From the NCBI GenBank assembly GCA_040954595.2, contig CM082585.2, forward strand, positions 8,263,404-8,327,403: 64,000 nucleotides of DNA, read 5' to 3'. Position numbers and translations under genes: made by a program. Positions within the stretch are counted from its first letter, which is position 1, and each line of letters begins with the position of its first letter. This stretch comes from Balanoglossus misakiensis. Taxonomy: Eukaryota; Animalia; Hemichordata. This document shows positions 12,300 through 24,700 of this stretch, piece by piece. The notes under the pieces are model-generated. The model made no database searches. It saw only the letters and a program-made list of their open reading frames with translations, and was not told the DNA's origin.

Positions 12300-14660
12300 C
12301 TATGTCATCTCGAAAAACATATAGTTCTGTAAAAGGGAAAGTTTAGCAACTTTAATGTAGAATAGTGAAAGTGAGGAATCCTCGGATAAGAAACGAACTT
12401 GATTGTCCCATTTCTCGGGTTATACAATGCTTAGAAATACTCACCACAAGGAAAGCTCCTCCCAATAATGTGGCTTTGGTGTTAATATCAGCATCCTCCG
12501 GAACTAGAATAAAGAACGGTAAAGAATAAAGATATATCTCCGGTATTTTCCTCAGAGAAAAGTTGAAGTACATTCACCGGCCGAAAAAAGATGGACTTAC
12601 ATGTCACAACGAATGTTTCGTGATCCATGTTTGCGTATTTCTTCTTTCCTCCCCATTGTTTCCGTATCATAGCAACTTCGTCGTCGTCTTCATCAGTGAT
12701 CTGTGGGATATGAAATAGAACGACAGAGTTTTGATGGGAATTGTAGAACTCTCCCCTCCCTCCCCTCTCTCATATTCTGTCTGTTTCATTTCTCATGGAA
12801 GAATTGACACAAATTGAGTGTAAGATCTTACCGGGAAAAGACTGTCTCGATAGCATCTGCAAGGACAAGCCGGGCTCCCGATCTTCAACAGTTCATCGTT
12901 GTCACTGTCCAGTACTTTGAAAGAGGCCCCGCACAAACTGCACCTAAAATGTAACGTATAAATTGGCGATAAACTGTGGTTATTATAAATGATCACGTTC
13001 ATATGCGAGTATGACTGACAGATGTACTTACTTTTGTTTGACGTATCCCAAGATTTCACCGACGGGAGTTTGAACCATGATCTTGTCGAGACAGCAGCAA
13101 CAACAACAGAAGTCGCATCGCACTCGACGAGACAGCTGCAGAACCTCTTCACCGTTTTCGTTCTCGATGGCCATGTCAAAGCGCCGGGCTGGCCCGCACC
13201 AAAACCGGCTGCAGCATGTTGTCTCTGGTGGGCGTAAGCAGATGTGTTCATGTTAGTATGCAAATATATAACAAATATGCGTTTGCAATTGCAGTTTCAA
13301 GGAAGCTATATTTAACAGCTACCGTTTTTAATCAATAATTGAGACATTTTCCAACGACAAAATTTAAAGAAAATATTTGGTTGTTAGGGCACTTACTTTC
13401 CCTGGCGAAGAAAACCAACTCGCCTTCCTTGGTAACGATGTTGTACGTGTTGTTACTATTACACCCAGCCCCTGCATGGTGAAAAGTATATAGGTGAAAA
13501 CTTAGCCAGCATCTTGTTAAACGCACAAAGGGCAGCGTTGTGTTGGTTCTAAAGAGTTTTTTGTATAACTCTGTACATGACGTGGGATCGTCATTCTTCA
13601 AACTGTCGCTTCGTGGTTGGAAAGGTTACTCAGTCAATAAGCACATATGTCAGTCCGATAAAAGCATTAAACCATGATTTTAAAGACGAATTCAGAAGAC
13701 AACATATAGCAGTGAACTGAGTGACGAGGCCAAAAACCCGGGCTTGTACATACAGAGAACTATATTGGGCCTCCGTCATCCCCGCTCGACTCGAAATATC
13801 TGGCGACAATGAATATGAACCATGGTCACGAAAGCTCACATTAACATCAGTAATAATACTCAATTCTGTCAACAAATTAGTGTGCCACAAATCTTATTGC
13901 CGTCTGTTGATATTAATTCGCCCCTTATATATGAACGGAGCGGGCTTAACCTGCATTTTGTCATTTAAATTTATGGGACAATGGAGAGGGGCCTTAGAAA
14001 CCAGATTTAAGTGCTGCTAACCATAAAGAATCCCCTTCTTTACACAGAAACCGACACGCCATTGCACTGACAACACAACAACACTAGGCGAAGCAAAACA
14101 GCAACAAGTAGTTTTAAAGTGCAGAATTTGGAAGGCTTGGGCACTGAGCGTTTTAACTTACACGTTGACATGAAACAGGCCTGGGAATTAATCGCATACA
14201 AGTGGCCGAAAGTACAAACGGAAATCGTCTATTTTGTGATATTATGGTATTTCGTTTCAAACTGAGAAGAAGGCGTGTTTTCTGGACTCAGGTGTTACAT
14301 CCAGTAGTACATACGCATTAAGTCATCCAAATTCTCGAAATCTATTTAAAAAGATGTGATCAATTACTGTCACAGTCGGGTGAGAAAAGCATTCTTCAAC
14401 AAGCCAATTTTGACCCTAGACACAGTTTATGCACAACCTCCATTAGACCCTACTCACAGTTCACCGTTACGCCAGACATAACGGGCATTAACCGACTCAC
14501 CTAGAGTCTCCAAAGTCTGCTGAATTCTGAGATAGTTGAGATCGGCGAGGACGCCGAGACCACTTGGAATCCCCCCTCTCTTTGAGAACCACTTCAGCTC
14601 GAGAGACTCCGCCGTTCTTGGTCTCGACCTGGGCTGCTCCGTAACTGGTGTGCGCGACAT
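12300..14660 (-). CDS. Phospholipid scramblase (PLSCR family), 7 exons
   Basis: Phase-compatible exons 14501-14660, 13397-13471, 13032-13224, 12832-12943, 12601-12700, 12445-12503, 12300-12326 give PSGLGVLADLNYLRIQQ...NNTYNI...FFAREKTTCCSRFWCGPARRFDM...RCDFCCCCCCLDK...GYVKQ...IRKQWGG...FPEDADINTKATLLGGAFLVNYMFFE, the canonical scramblase domain motifs. Confidence 0.9.
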
Positions 14661-15557
14661 CTTCCTCGAGTGCGGTGGTGCGGTTCAATAAAATGATATA
14701 ACCCTGCCCTTTCTGTACGGTATAATGGTATTGTCAGGTCACTTTTTATCAAAGGTGCGCTCCGTTCGGGCACCTGTATTGAGTGCAAGTGAAGTCAGGT
14801 ATACCTCATTTTAATACTGTCACGTGATCTCCCATTTCAGCCAAAATAACGCATCATGTATGCAAAGTTTTTCAGGCGCAATCTTTAATTTCTCTAGAAT
14901 AGGTGGCTTATATGTTTTAATACTTGCACGCGTTCGTATATCTTTACTTTTGTTGTCTTGGAACTAAGCTAGTAGGCCTAAAAGTAGTATCCGAACAATA
15001 TAGTTTAGCTCCCTCTGTTGCATAGCAACATAGTCATGTTATAAATAGTAACCCCGATCCGAGTGAACACAGTGCAGTGAGCGAGAGCCATCGCGCAGTT
15101 CTAGTTAGGGCCTATGTTCTCTTCTTTTCGACAGGAATGATCCGAGAGTAGGTTAACCGAACACTTTACAGCTTGTAAAACTAATAAGTTACCCTCGCTC
15201 GGGGTCAACAAGATGTGATGCACGGCTTTTTACATGAGCGATGTGATATGCGCCTGTCACGAAAGATTTGAGTTGACATTCAGCTAGAGCTCCCCGTCGA
15301 ATGGTGGCGCTGCATACAAGCGTTCGAATCTTTCACGGGGGACGCACAGTTTATAATGTTACGTCGATTTAATAAGTGAAGATATCGAAATTTCGTCACT
15401 TTGATTCCCAAGGACTGTGAAATGTGTTAAAATCAATGTTAAAGTTTACATACACCAAGAATCGTAGCCAATAAGCGGACAGTGACATAAAACATTACGT
15501 TTAACGATGTATAGTATTGGTGGTGAAGAATCGTTGGGAGTGATTCCCCGCTGCAAA

Positions 15558-16868
15558 ATGGCGACTTCCACCTCGAACGATACAACCAAGCCGATAAAGA
15601 CGGAACCAAGCGACCCACCGACGATCGCAATGCCTACGAAGACGCCTGCAAAGAATACACTTTTCGAGAGAGATTTCGGTGGGAGTGGTTTCCTCATTGA
15701 GGAATCTGACAAGAAACCGTTGGAGCAGTCGCCAGGTGAGCCTAGTGCAGTGTTGACACTGACAGCTATCGCTTCGCTTCGCCCACACGAGTGCAAGACT
15801 GCATGTGATGCATGCATGATGCAGCGTGTAAATTTTTGCACCAGTGCAATCGCTGGTCTTCTGCACGGTTAAGAACAGTTCAATGTTTTCTTTCAAAGTG
15901 TTATGGAAATCTGTGCGATTACACCGGTTCCTGAAACGCGAAACGTGGCTTGTGTATGTTTCCACGCACACACTACTGCGCGCTTGGGAAGTGATTGGGG
16001 AGACGCGTACGTACAGACAGATTGCGCGTAACAACTCTACATTGTAACATACTGCGACGCGTCTTCCGATCGCTTTGTTTACACACGTGTTGTGTAATGT
16101 GATCATTTATTATAAAGTTTGACTTCCACACAGGTGCTGGAGTAAAGCGTAAGGCGGACACCGTCGACCCTCCCATCGAGGTGCCGCAAGAGCTTATGGA
16201 ACCGTTGCACTGCAGGCTGTGTGACATCATGTTGAACTCTCCGCCGCAAGCGCAGGCCCATTACATGGGGAAGAACCACCAGAAGAAAGTACGACAGTAT
16301 GCGGCGCAACAGACGTTATCTGCCAAGATCGGTGCGCTGTCTCCAACAATGCCGACTCCACCGGTAAGCATCCAATATTGTCCCTGTACAGAATCCTCAG
16401 TGTTCTTCCCAGAACAATTCAAGAGTACAATAGATAACAATAGATACTCATTATCATAACAATTGATTGCATTGTTTTTTGCAGGACGGGAAAGCTCCCC
16501 CTAGTGTTGCCGCTGATACCAACAGTTACGAGTACTGCCAACTTTGTAATGTGTCGTTTACGTCCGTCGTGCACGCCAAGTCGCACTACGAGGGCAAGAA
16601 CCACTCCAAGAGGTTGCGCAACCAAGCGCCAGTCTACACCAAGAACGCCTACTATTGTTGCTCGTGCAATTTGTCCCTGAACTCAGAAAGTCAGTACGAC
16701 CAGCACATGGCGAGCAAGAAGCATGCCACTACGCTGAAGAAACGCGATCCCTTCCCGCCAGCGCCACTGAACGCCACAGAACTCGAAGCAGCTATGATAC
16801 AGCCACAGGAAACTAACCAGAACGGTCAGAACATGAACAGAGGAAATCCTCAGGTTTTTACGGAATAA
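15558..16868 (+). CDS. Matrin-type (U1-like) C2H2 zinc-finger protein, ZNF385/ZNF346/ZMAT-like, three fingers
   Basis: Exons 15558-15735, 16134-16363, 16485-16868. Fingers CRLCDIMLNSPPQAQAHYMGKNH, CQLCNVSFTSVVHAKSHYEGKNH and CCSCNLSLNSESQYDQHMASKKH show the long H-x5-H spacing of dsRNA-binding matrin fingers; KRK NLS-like motif. Confidence 0.85.
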
Positions 16869-17785
16869 TGAATGAAGGGGAATTCTACAAACATTCGAGA
16901 CATACTTTACTAGAAAGAAACTCAATATTCTACCAGAAAGTTTTGAAATTATATTTATCGCCTGTAAGATTTATTTGTGAATTAGTCACCTAAATGCTTA
17001 TATGGTTTGTTTTTGTTCAACTGTCATGTTCATGAAAGAACACTTTCGATTGGTTGATTTTATTTTCGAAATACATAAGTATGAACTCTATCGACCAATC
17101 AGCATCAACAAAAGAATTAGAGAGTTCCTGTTTATTTAAAAAATGTCATCAATAGTTGGTGAATTTACAGAAATATACTGTTTGTTTGCAGTTTTAAAAG
17201 TTGACAGTCATGGGCTTTGTTGACTCCTGCAGGTTTTGAGTTGCGATATGCAACGTCATTTTACCACTACCAAGACATTTTTAATGTCTGTCTGAATTTT
17301 TGTGATTTTAAAAGAAAATAATAACATCAAGATGTGTTATTATAAATGGATTCCTTTGTCCTACATTCTGACTGTGGCATTGCCATACAATTTTAACCAG
17401 TATTGTAATTTTAAAGTTTGGTCAGTATTATTTCATTGTGAGCATTTTTGTAAGTATTTATGTTCTTTGAGAGTTTTCCAGAATGGAATAGTAGTAGTAG
17501 TTTTTATTTGTAAGTATATGTGTAGTTCATAATTTATATGTCTAGTCATTTTTTTAGAGAAAGTTGGGTAGAAATTTTAGTTAGATAATGTGTATATCAC
17601 CGGTGGTCCAATTTTTGAAATATAACTGTAATATATTTAAATTTCCAATGGAGAAATTCTTAATTTTCTCCTTCTAGCTGTGAAAATGGACTTAATTTTA
17701 TCAATGAAATAAAAGCAAAAATAAAGCTGCAACATTACAACACTACATGTGACCAGACTCTTTGTTCTCTTGGGACATTATCTAT

Positions 17786-18704
17786 GATAATGCACTGGTA
17801 CTTGTGCAATATCTGGATATTGCACTGCACCTGGCATAATAAGATTCACTACAACAAACAAGATAGCTTTGACAGGAGGTACTTTAATTCATGCAAAAAA
17901 TAAAAAGCAAATTAGTTGTTATCCATTTTGAAGGATATGCTGCCTCCAGCGGGAAGAACTGCTTCCAGGTGCACACACTTCGTCCATCTTTCTTTGTCGT
18001 GATCTCTGCGCTGCAGGGCCCAACCTTTGGTTGGGGGTTCGTTTCTACCTCACACACGGATTCACCTGAAAGCTTGATTTTTTTTCGACGTACCAAAACT
18101 TCCCTGAAGTGCCTACGCTGACGTACAATCGAAAATTCCTGATCAATATAAAACTACAAATTTACAAGTTCCGAGGAAAATGACAGAAAAATGGTACCTA
18201 CAGTAGAGGATGTGCGCAATGGCGGCTGCAGGCCAGGAGAAGGGCACCCTTGATTTTCTGCAGGACACTTTCCATGACCGACGGTTTATGTACATTCTCT
18301 TCAATGAAGCTACCAAAATCTTGGAAAAATCCAGTCCATATCGTAATAAAAGCTACGCCCTTCGCTTTCGCTTGGGTGTCGGAACGTGCTCTGGGTAATG
18401 AAAAGCTCGTGCTCGTCGCTACTTTCGGACATGGTGTTTGTCTTTCGAAGGTTGAGTTCCGAATGATGATGGAAACGTGGCACCTCAATGACCACGTGAC
18501 AAATGCCATGGCTGACAAGTATTCAATCGAAATGAGTCATACACCAGGTGTATTTTGCGACGCTTGTGATTGGTTGATGTGATTGAGAAGTTGTTTAGCA
18601 TATATCAAGATCACAGATGTTGCGACGTATTGTAAGCCGGATAATGTACTCGTGTCGTGTAATCGTTCAGTATCTGATCGATTGCACTCCACTAGTACAT
18701 TATC
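17786..18704. mobile_element. Degraded element bounded by two related palindromes (possible Crypton-like/tyrosine-recombinase transposon remnant)
   Basis: Left palindrome core GTGCAATATC-TG-GATATTGCAC (17804-17825) and right 65-bp imperfect palindrome 18640-18704; both begin GATAATG(C/T)ACT. Broken minus-strand ORF pieces lie between them (MSESSDEHELFITQSTF...). The family assignment is inference. Confidence 0.35.
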
Positions 18705-18709
18705 ATTTA

Positions 18710-21700
18710 CATAAAAACGCAGCATAGATATTCAAATGAATTGGATTTATGAAAATGATAAAAAATACAATGATAATGTCGTTAAAACAAAGTTCTCCAA
18801 AAAAAAAGAAATAGAAAAAAAGTGGTCTCGAACCAACGTCATTTGACACTTTCAGGTAAAAGCCTAGCCTTCCTGAACCCTTCGCCATCACCATGTGTAC
18901 TCGAAAAGTCGGAATTTTACCGCACTATATTGCAGCACAACTACCATGATCTTATTTGCACCGCAGCGGTGCAATTCTTATTTGCACCGCAGCGGTGCAA
19001 ATAAGATCACCGCAGCGGTGCAAATAAGAGTTCCCTGCACCGCAACGATCTGACCGTTCTTTATTCACTCCTCGACGACAAAAACGTTTTATTACGGCCC
19101 AAATAACGACTTTTTCGCTTCTTGGTTGGTCACGCGGACGGAAAAACTCGGTTTTAGCGAGTTTATCTTTCTCTCTCCTGAACACTCCGTATTCAGACTT
19201 GCCCAAGTGAACCGCGACAAAAAAAATGACCAAGTTTCCAAGCATGTTTCTTATACCCGACAGATAAAAAACGCAGCATAGATATTGAAATGAATTGGAT
19301 TTATGAAAATGATAAAAATTACAATGATAATGTCGTTAAAAGTTCTCCAAAAAAAAGAAATAGAAAAAAAGTGGTCTCGAACCAACGTCATTTGACACCT
19401 TCAGGTAAAAGCCTAGCCTTCCTGAACCCTTCGCCATCACCATGTGTACTCGAAAAGTCGGAATTTTACCGCACTATATTGCAGCACAACTACCATGATC
19501 TTATTTGCACCGCAGCGGTGCAATTCTTATTTGCACCGCAGCGGTGCAAATAAGATCACCGCAGCGGTGCAAATAAGAGTTCCCTGCACCGCAACGATCT
19601 GACCGTTCTTTATTCACTCCTCGACGACAAAAACGTTTTATTACGGCCCAAATAACGACTTTTTCGCTTCTTGGTTGGACATGCGGACGGAAAGACACGG
19701 TTTTAGCGAGTTTATCTTTCTCTCTCCTGAGCACTCCGTATTCAGACTTGTCCAAGTGAACCGCGACAAAAAAAATGACCAAGTTTCCCAGCATGTTTCT
19801 TATACCCGACAGATAAAAAACGCAGCGTAGATATTGAAATGAATTGGATTTATGAAAATGATAAAAATTACAATGATAATGTCGTTAAAAGTTCTCAAAA
19901 AAAAAAGAAATAGAAAAAAAAGTGGTCTCGAACCAACGTCATTTGACACCTTCAGGTAAAAGCCTAGCCTTCCTGAACCCTTCGCCATCACCATGTGTAC
20001 TCGAAAAGTCGGAATTTTACCGCACTATATTGCAGCACAACTACCATGATCTTATTTGCACCGCAGCGGTGCAATTCTTATTTGCACCGCAGCGGTGCAA
20101 ATAAGATCACCGCAGCGGTGCAAATAAGAGTTCCCTGCACCGCAACGATCTGACCGTTCTTTATTCACTCCTCGACGACAAAAACGTTTTATTACGGCCC
20201 AAATAACGACTTTTTCGCTTCTTGGTTGGACATGCGGACGGAAAGACACGGTTTTAGCGAGTTTATCTTTCTCTCTCCTGAGCACTCCGTATTCAGACTT
20301 GCCCAAGTGCACCGCGACAAAAAAATGACCAAGTTTCCCAGCATGTTTCTTATACCCGACAGATAAAAAACGCAGCACAGATATTGAAATGAATTGGATT
20401 TATGAAAATGATAAAAATTACAATGATAATGTCGTTAAAAGTTCTCCAAAAAAAAGAAATAGAAAAAAAGTGGTCTCGAACCAACGTCATTTGACACCTT
20501 CAGGTAAAAGCCTAGCCTTCCTGAACCCTTCGCCATCACCATGTGTACTCGAAAAGTCGGAATTTTACCGCACTATATTGCAGCACAACTACCATGATCT
20601 TATTTGCACCGCAGCGGTGCAATTCTTATTTGCACCGCAGCGGTGCAAATAAGATCACCGCAGCGGTGCAAATAAGAGTTCCCTGCACCGCAACGATCTG
20701 ACCGTTCTTTATTCACTCCTCGACGACAAAAACGTTTTATTACGGCCCAAATAACGACTTTTTCGCTTCTTGGTTGGTCACGCGGACGGAAAAACTCGGT
20801 TTTAGCGAGTTTATCTTTCTCTCTCCTGAACACTCCGTATTCAGACTTGACGGAGTGAACCGCGACAAAAAATGACCAAGTTTCCCTGCATGTTTCTTAT
20901 ACCCGACAGATAAAAAACGCAGCATAGATATTGAAATGAATTGTATTTATGAAAATGATAAAAATTACAATGATAATGTCGTTAAAAGTTCTCCAAAAAA
21001 AAGAAATAGAAAAAAAAGTGGTCTCGAACCAACGTCATTTGACACTTTCAGGTAAAAGCCTAGCCTTCCTGAACCCTTCGCCATCACCATGTGTACTCGA
21101 AAAGTCGGAATTTTACCGCACTATATTGCAGCACAACTACCATGATCTTATTTGCACCGCAGCGGTGCAATTCTTATTTGCACCGCAGCGGTGCAAATAA
21201 GATCACCGCAGCGGTGCAAATAAGAGTTCCCTGCACCGCAACGATCTGACCGTTCTTTATTCACTCCTCGACGACAAAAACGTTTTATTACGGCCCAAAT
21301 AACGACTTTTTCGCTTCTTGGTTGGTCACGCGGACGGAAAAACTCGGTTTTAGCGAGTTTATCTTTCTCTCTCCTGAACACTCCGTATTCAGACTTGCCC
21401 AAGTGAACCGCGACAAAAAAAATGACCAAGTTTCCAAGCATGTTTCTTATACCCGACAGATAAAAAACGCAGCATAGATATTGAAATGAATTGGATTTAT
21501 GAAAATGATAAAAATTACAATGATAATGTCGTTAATTGTTCTCCAAAAAAAAAAGAAATAGAAAAAAAGTGGTCTCGAACCAACGTCATTTGACACCTTC
21601 AGGTAAAAGCCTAGCCTTCCTGAACCCTTCGCCATCACCATGTGTACTCGAAAAGTCGGAATTTTACCGCACTATATTGCAGCACAACTACCATGATCTT

Positions 21701-24700
21701 ATTTGCACCGCAGCGGTGCAATTCTTATTTGCACCGCAGCGGTGCAAATAAGATCACCGCAGCGGTGCAAATAAGAGTTCCCTGCACCGCAACGATCTGA
21801 CCGTTCTTTATTCACTCCTCGACGACAAAAACGTTTTATTACGGCCCAAATAACGACTTTTTCGCTTCTTGGTTGGACATGCGGACGGAAAGACACGGTT
21901 TTAGCGAGTTTATCTTTCTCTCTCCTGAGCACTCCGTATTCAGACTTGTCCAAGTGAACCGCGACAAAAAAAATGACCAAGTTTCCCAGCATGTTTCTTA
22001 TACCCGACAGATAAAAAACGCAGCGTAGATATTGAAATGAATTGGATTTATGAAAATGATAAAAATTACAATGATAATGTCGTTAAAAGTTCTCAAAAAA
22101 AAAAGAAATAGAAAAAAAAGTGGTCTCGAACCAACGTCATTTGACACCTTCAGGTAAAAGCCTAGCCTTCCTGAACCCTTCGCCATCACCATGTGTACTC
22201 GAAAAGTCGGAATTTTACCGCACTATATTGCAGCACAACTACCATGATCTTATTTGCACCGCAGCGGTGCAATTCTTATTTGCACCGCAGCGGTGCAAAT
22301 AAGATCACCGCAGCGGTGCAAATAAGAGTTCCCTGCACCGCAACGATCTGACCGTTCTTTATTCACTCCTCGACGACAAAAACGTTTTATTACGGCCCAA
22401 ATAACGACTTTTTCGCTTCTTGGTTGGACATGCGGACGGAAAGACACGGTTTTAGCGAGTTTATCTTTCTCTCTCCTGAGCACTCCGTATTCAGACTTGC
22501 CCAAGTGCACCGCGACAAAAAAATGACCAAGTTTCCCAGCATGTTTCTTATACCCGACAGATAAAAAACGCAGCACAGATATTGAAATGAATTGGATTTA
22601 TGAAAATGATAAAAATTACAATGATAATGTCGTTAAAAGTTCTCCAAAAAAAAGAAATAGAAAAAAAGTGGTCTCGAACCAACGTCATTTGACACCTTCA
22701 GGTAAAAGCCTAGCCTTCCTGAACCCTTCGCCATCACCATGTGTACTCGAAAAGTCGGAATTTTACCGCACTATATTGCAGCACAACTACCATGATCTTA
22801 TTTGCACCGCAGCGGTGCAATTCTTATTTGCACCGCAGCGGTGCAAATAAGATCACCGCAGCGGTGCAAATAAGAGTTCCCTGCACCGCAACGATCTGAC
22901 CGTTCTTTATTCACTCCTCGACGACAAAAACGTTTTATTACGGCCCAAATAACGACTTTTTCGCTTCTTGGTTGGTCACGCGGACGGAAAAACTCGGTTT
23001 TAGCGAGTTTATCTTTCTCTCTCCTGAACACTCCGTATTCAGACTTGACGGAGTGAACCGCGACAAAAAATGACCAAGTTTCCCTGCATGTTTCTTATAC
23101 CCGACAGATAAAAAACGCAGCATAGATATTGAAATGAATTGTATTTATGAAAATGATAAAAATTACAATGATAATGTCGTTAAAAGTTCTCCAAAAAAAA
23201 GAAATAGAAAAAAAAGTGGTCTCGAACCAACGTCATTTGACACCTTCAGGTAAAAGCCTAGCCTTCCTGAACCCTTCGCCACCACCATGTGTACTCAAAA
23301 GTCGGAATTTTACCGCACTATATTGCAGCACAACTACCATGATCTTATTTGCACCGCAGCGGTGCAATTCTTATTTGCACCGCAGCGGTGCAAATAAGAT
23401 CACCGCAGCGGTGCAAATAAGAGTTCCCTGCACCGCAACGATCTGACCGTTCTTTATTCACTCCTCGACGACAAAAACGTTTTATTACGGCCCAAATAAC
23501 GACTTTTTCGCTTCTTGGTTGGACATGCGGACGGAAAGACACGGTTTTAGCGAGTTTATCTTTCTCTCTCCTGAACACTCCGTATTCAGACTTGACGGAG
23601 TGAACCGCGACAAAAAATGACCAAGTTTCCCTGCATGTTTCTTATACCCGACAGATAAAAAACGCAGCATAGATATTGAAATGAATTGTATTTATGAAAA
23701 TGATAAAAATTACAATGATAATGTCGTTAAAAGTTCTCCATAAAAAAAGAAATAGAAAAAAAGTGGTCTCGAACCAACGTCATTTGACACGTTCAGGTAA
23801 AAGCCTAGCCTTCCTGAACCCTTCGCCACCACCATGTGTACTCGAAAAGTTGGAATTTTACCGCACTATATTGCAGCACAACTACCATGATCTTATTTGC
23901 ACCGCAGCGGTGCAATTCTTATTTGCACCGCAGCGGTGCAAATAAGATCACCGCAGCGGTGCAAATAAGAGTTCCCTGCACCGCAACGATCTGACCGTTC
24001 TTTATTCACTCCTCGACGACAAAAACGTTTTATTACGGCCCAAATAACGACTTTTTCGCTTCTTGGTTGGACATGCGGACGGAAAGACACGGTTTTAGCG
24101 AGTTTATCTTTCTCTCTCCTGAACACTCCGTATTCAGACTTGACGGAGTGAACCGCGACAAAAAATGACCAAGTTTCCCAGCATGTTTCTTATACCCGAC
24201 AGATAAAAAACGCAGCATAGATATTGAAATGAATTGTATTTATGAAAATGATAAAAATTACAATGATAATGTCGTTAAAAGTTCTCCAAAAAAAAAGAAA
24301 TAGAAAAAAAAGTGGTCTCGAACCAACGTCATTTGACACCTTCAGGTAAAAGCCTAGCCTTCCTGAACCCTTCGCCACCACCATGTGTACTCGAAAAGTC
24401 GGAATTTTACCGCACTATATTGCAGCACAACTACCATGATCTTATTTGCACCGCAGCGGTGCAATTCTTATTTGCACCGCAGCGGTGCAAATAAGATCAC
24501 CGCAGCGGTGCAAATAAGAGTTCCCTGCACCGCAACGATCTGACCGTTCTTTATTCACTCCTCGACGACAAAAACGTTTTATTACGGCCCAAATAACGAC
24601 TTTTTCGCTTCTTGGTTGGACATGCGGACGGAAAGACACGGTTTTAGCGAGTTTATCTTTCTCTCTCCTGAACACTCCGTATTCAGACTTGACGGAGTGA

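Noticed and set aside
18815-18894. Bona fide tRNA gene in the repeat unit
   Set aside because: There is no 7-bp acceptor stem or canonical anticodon arm; only the promoter-like boxes are supported.
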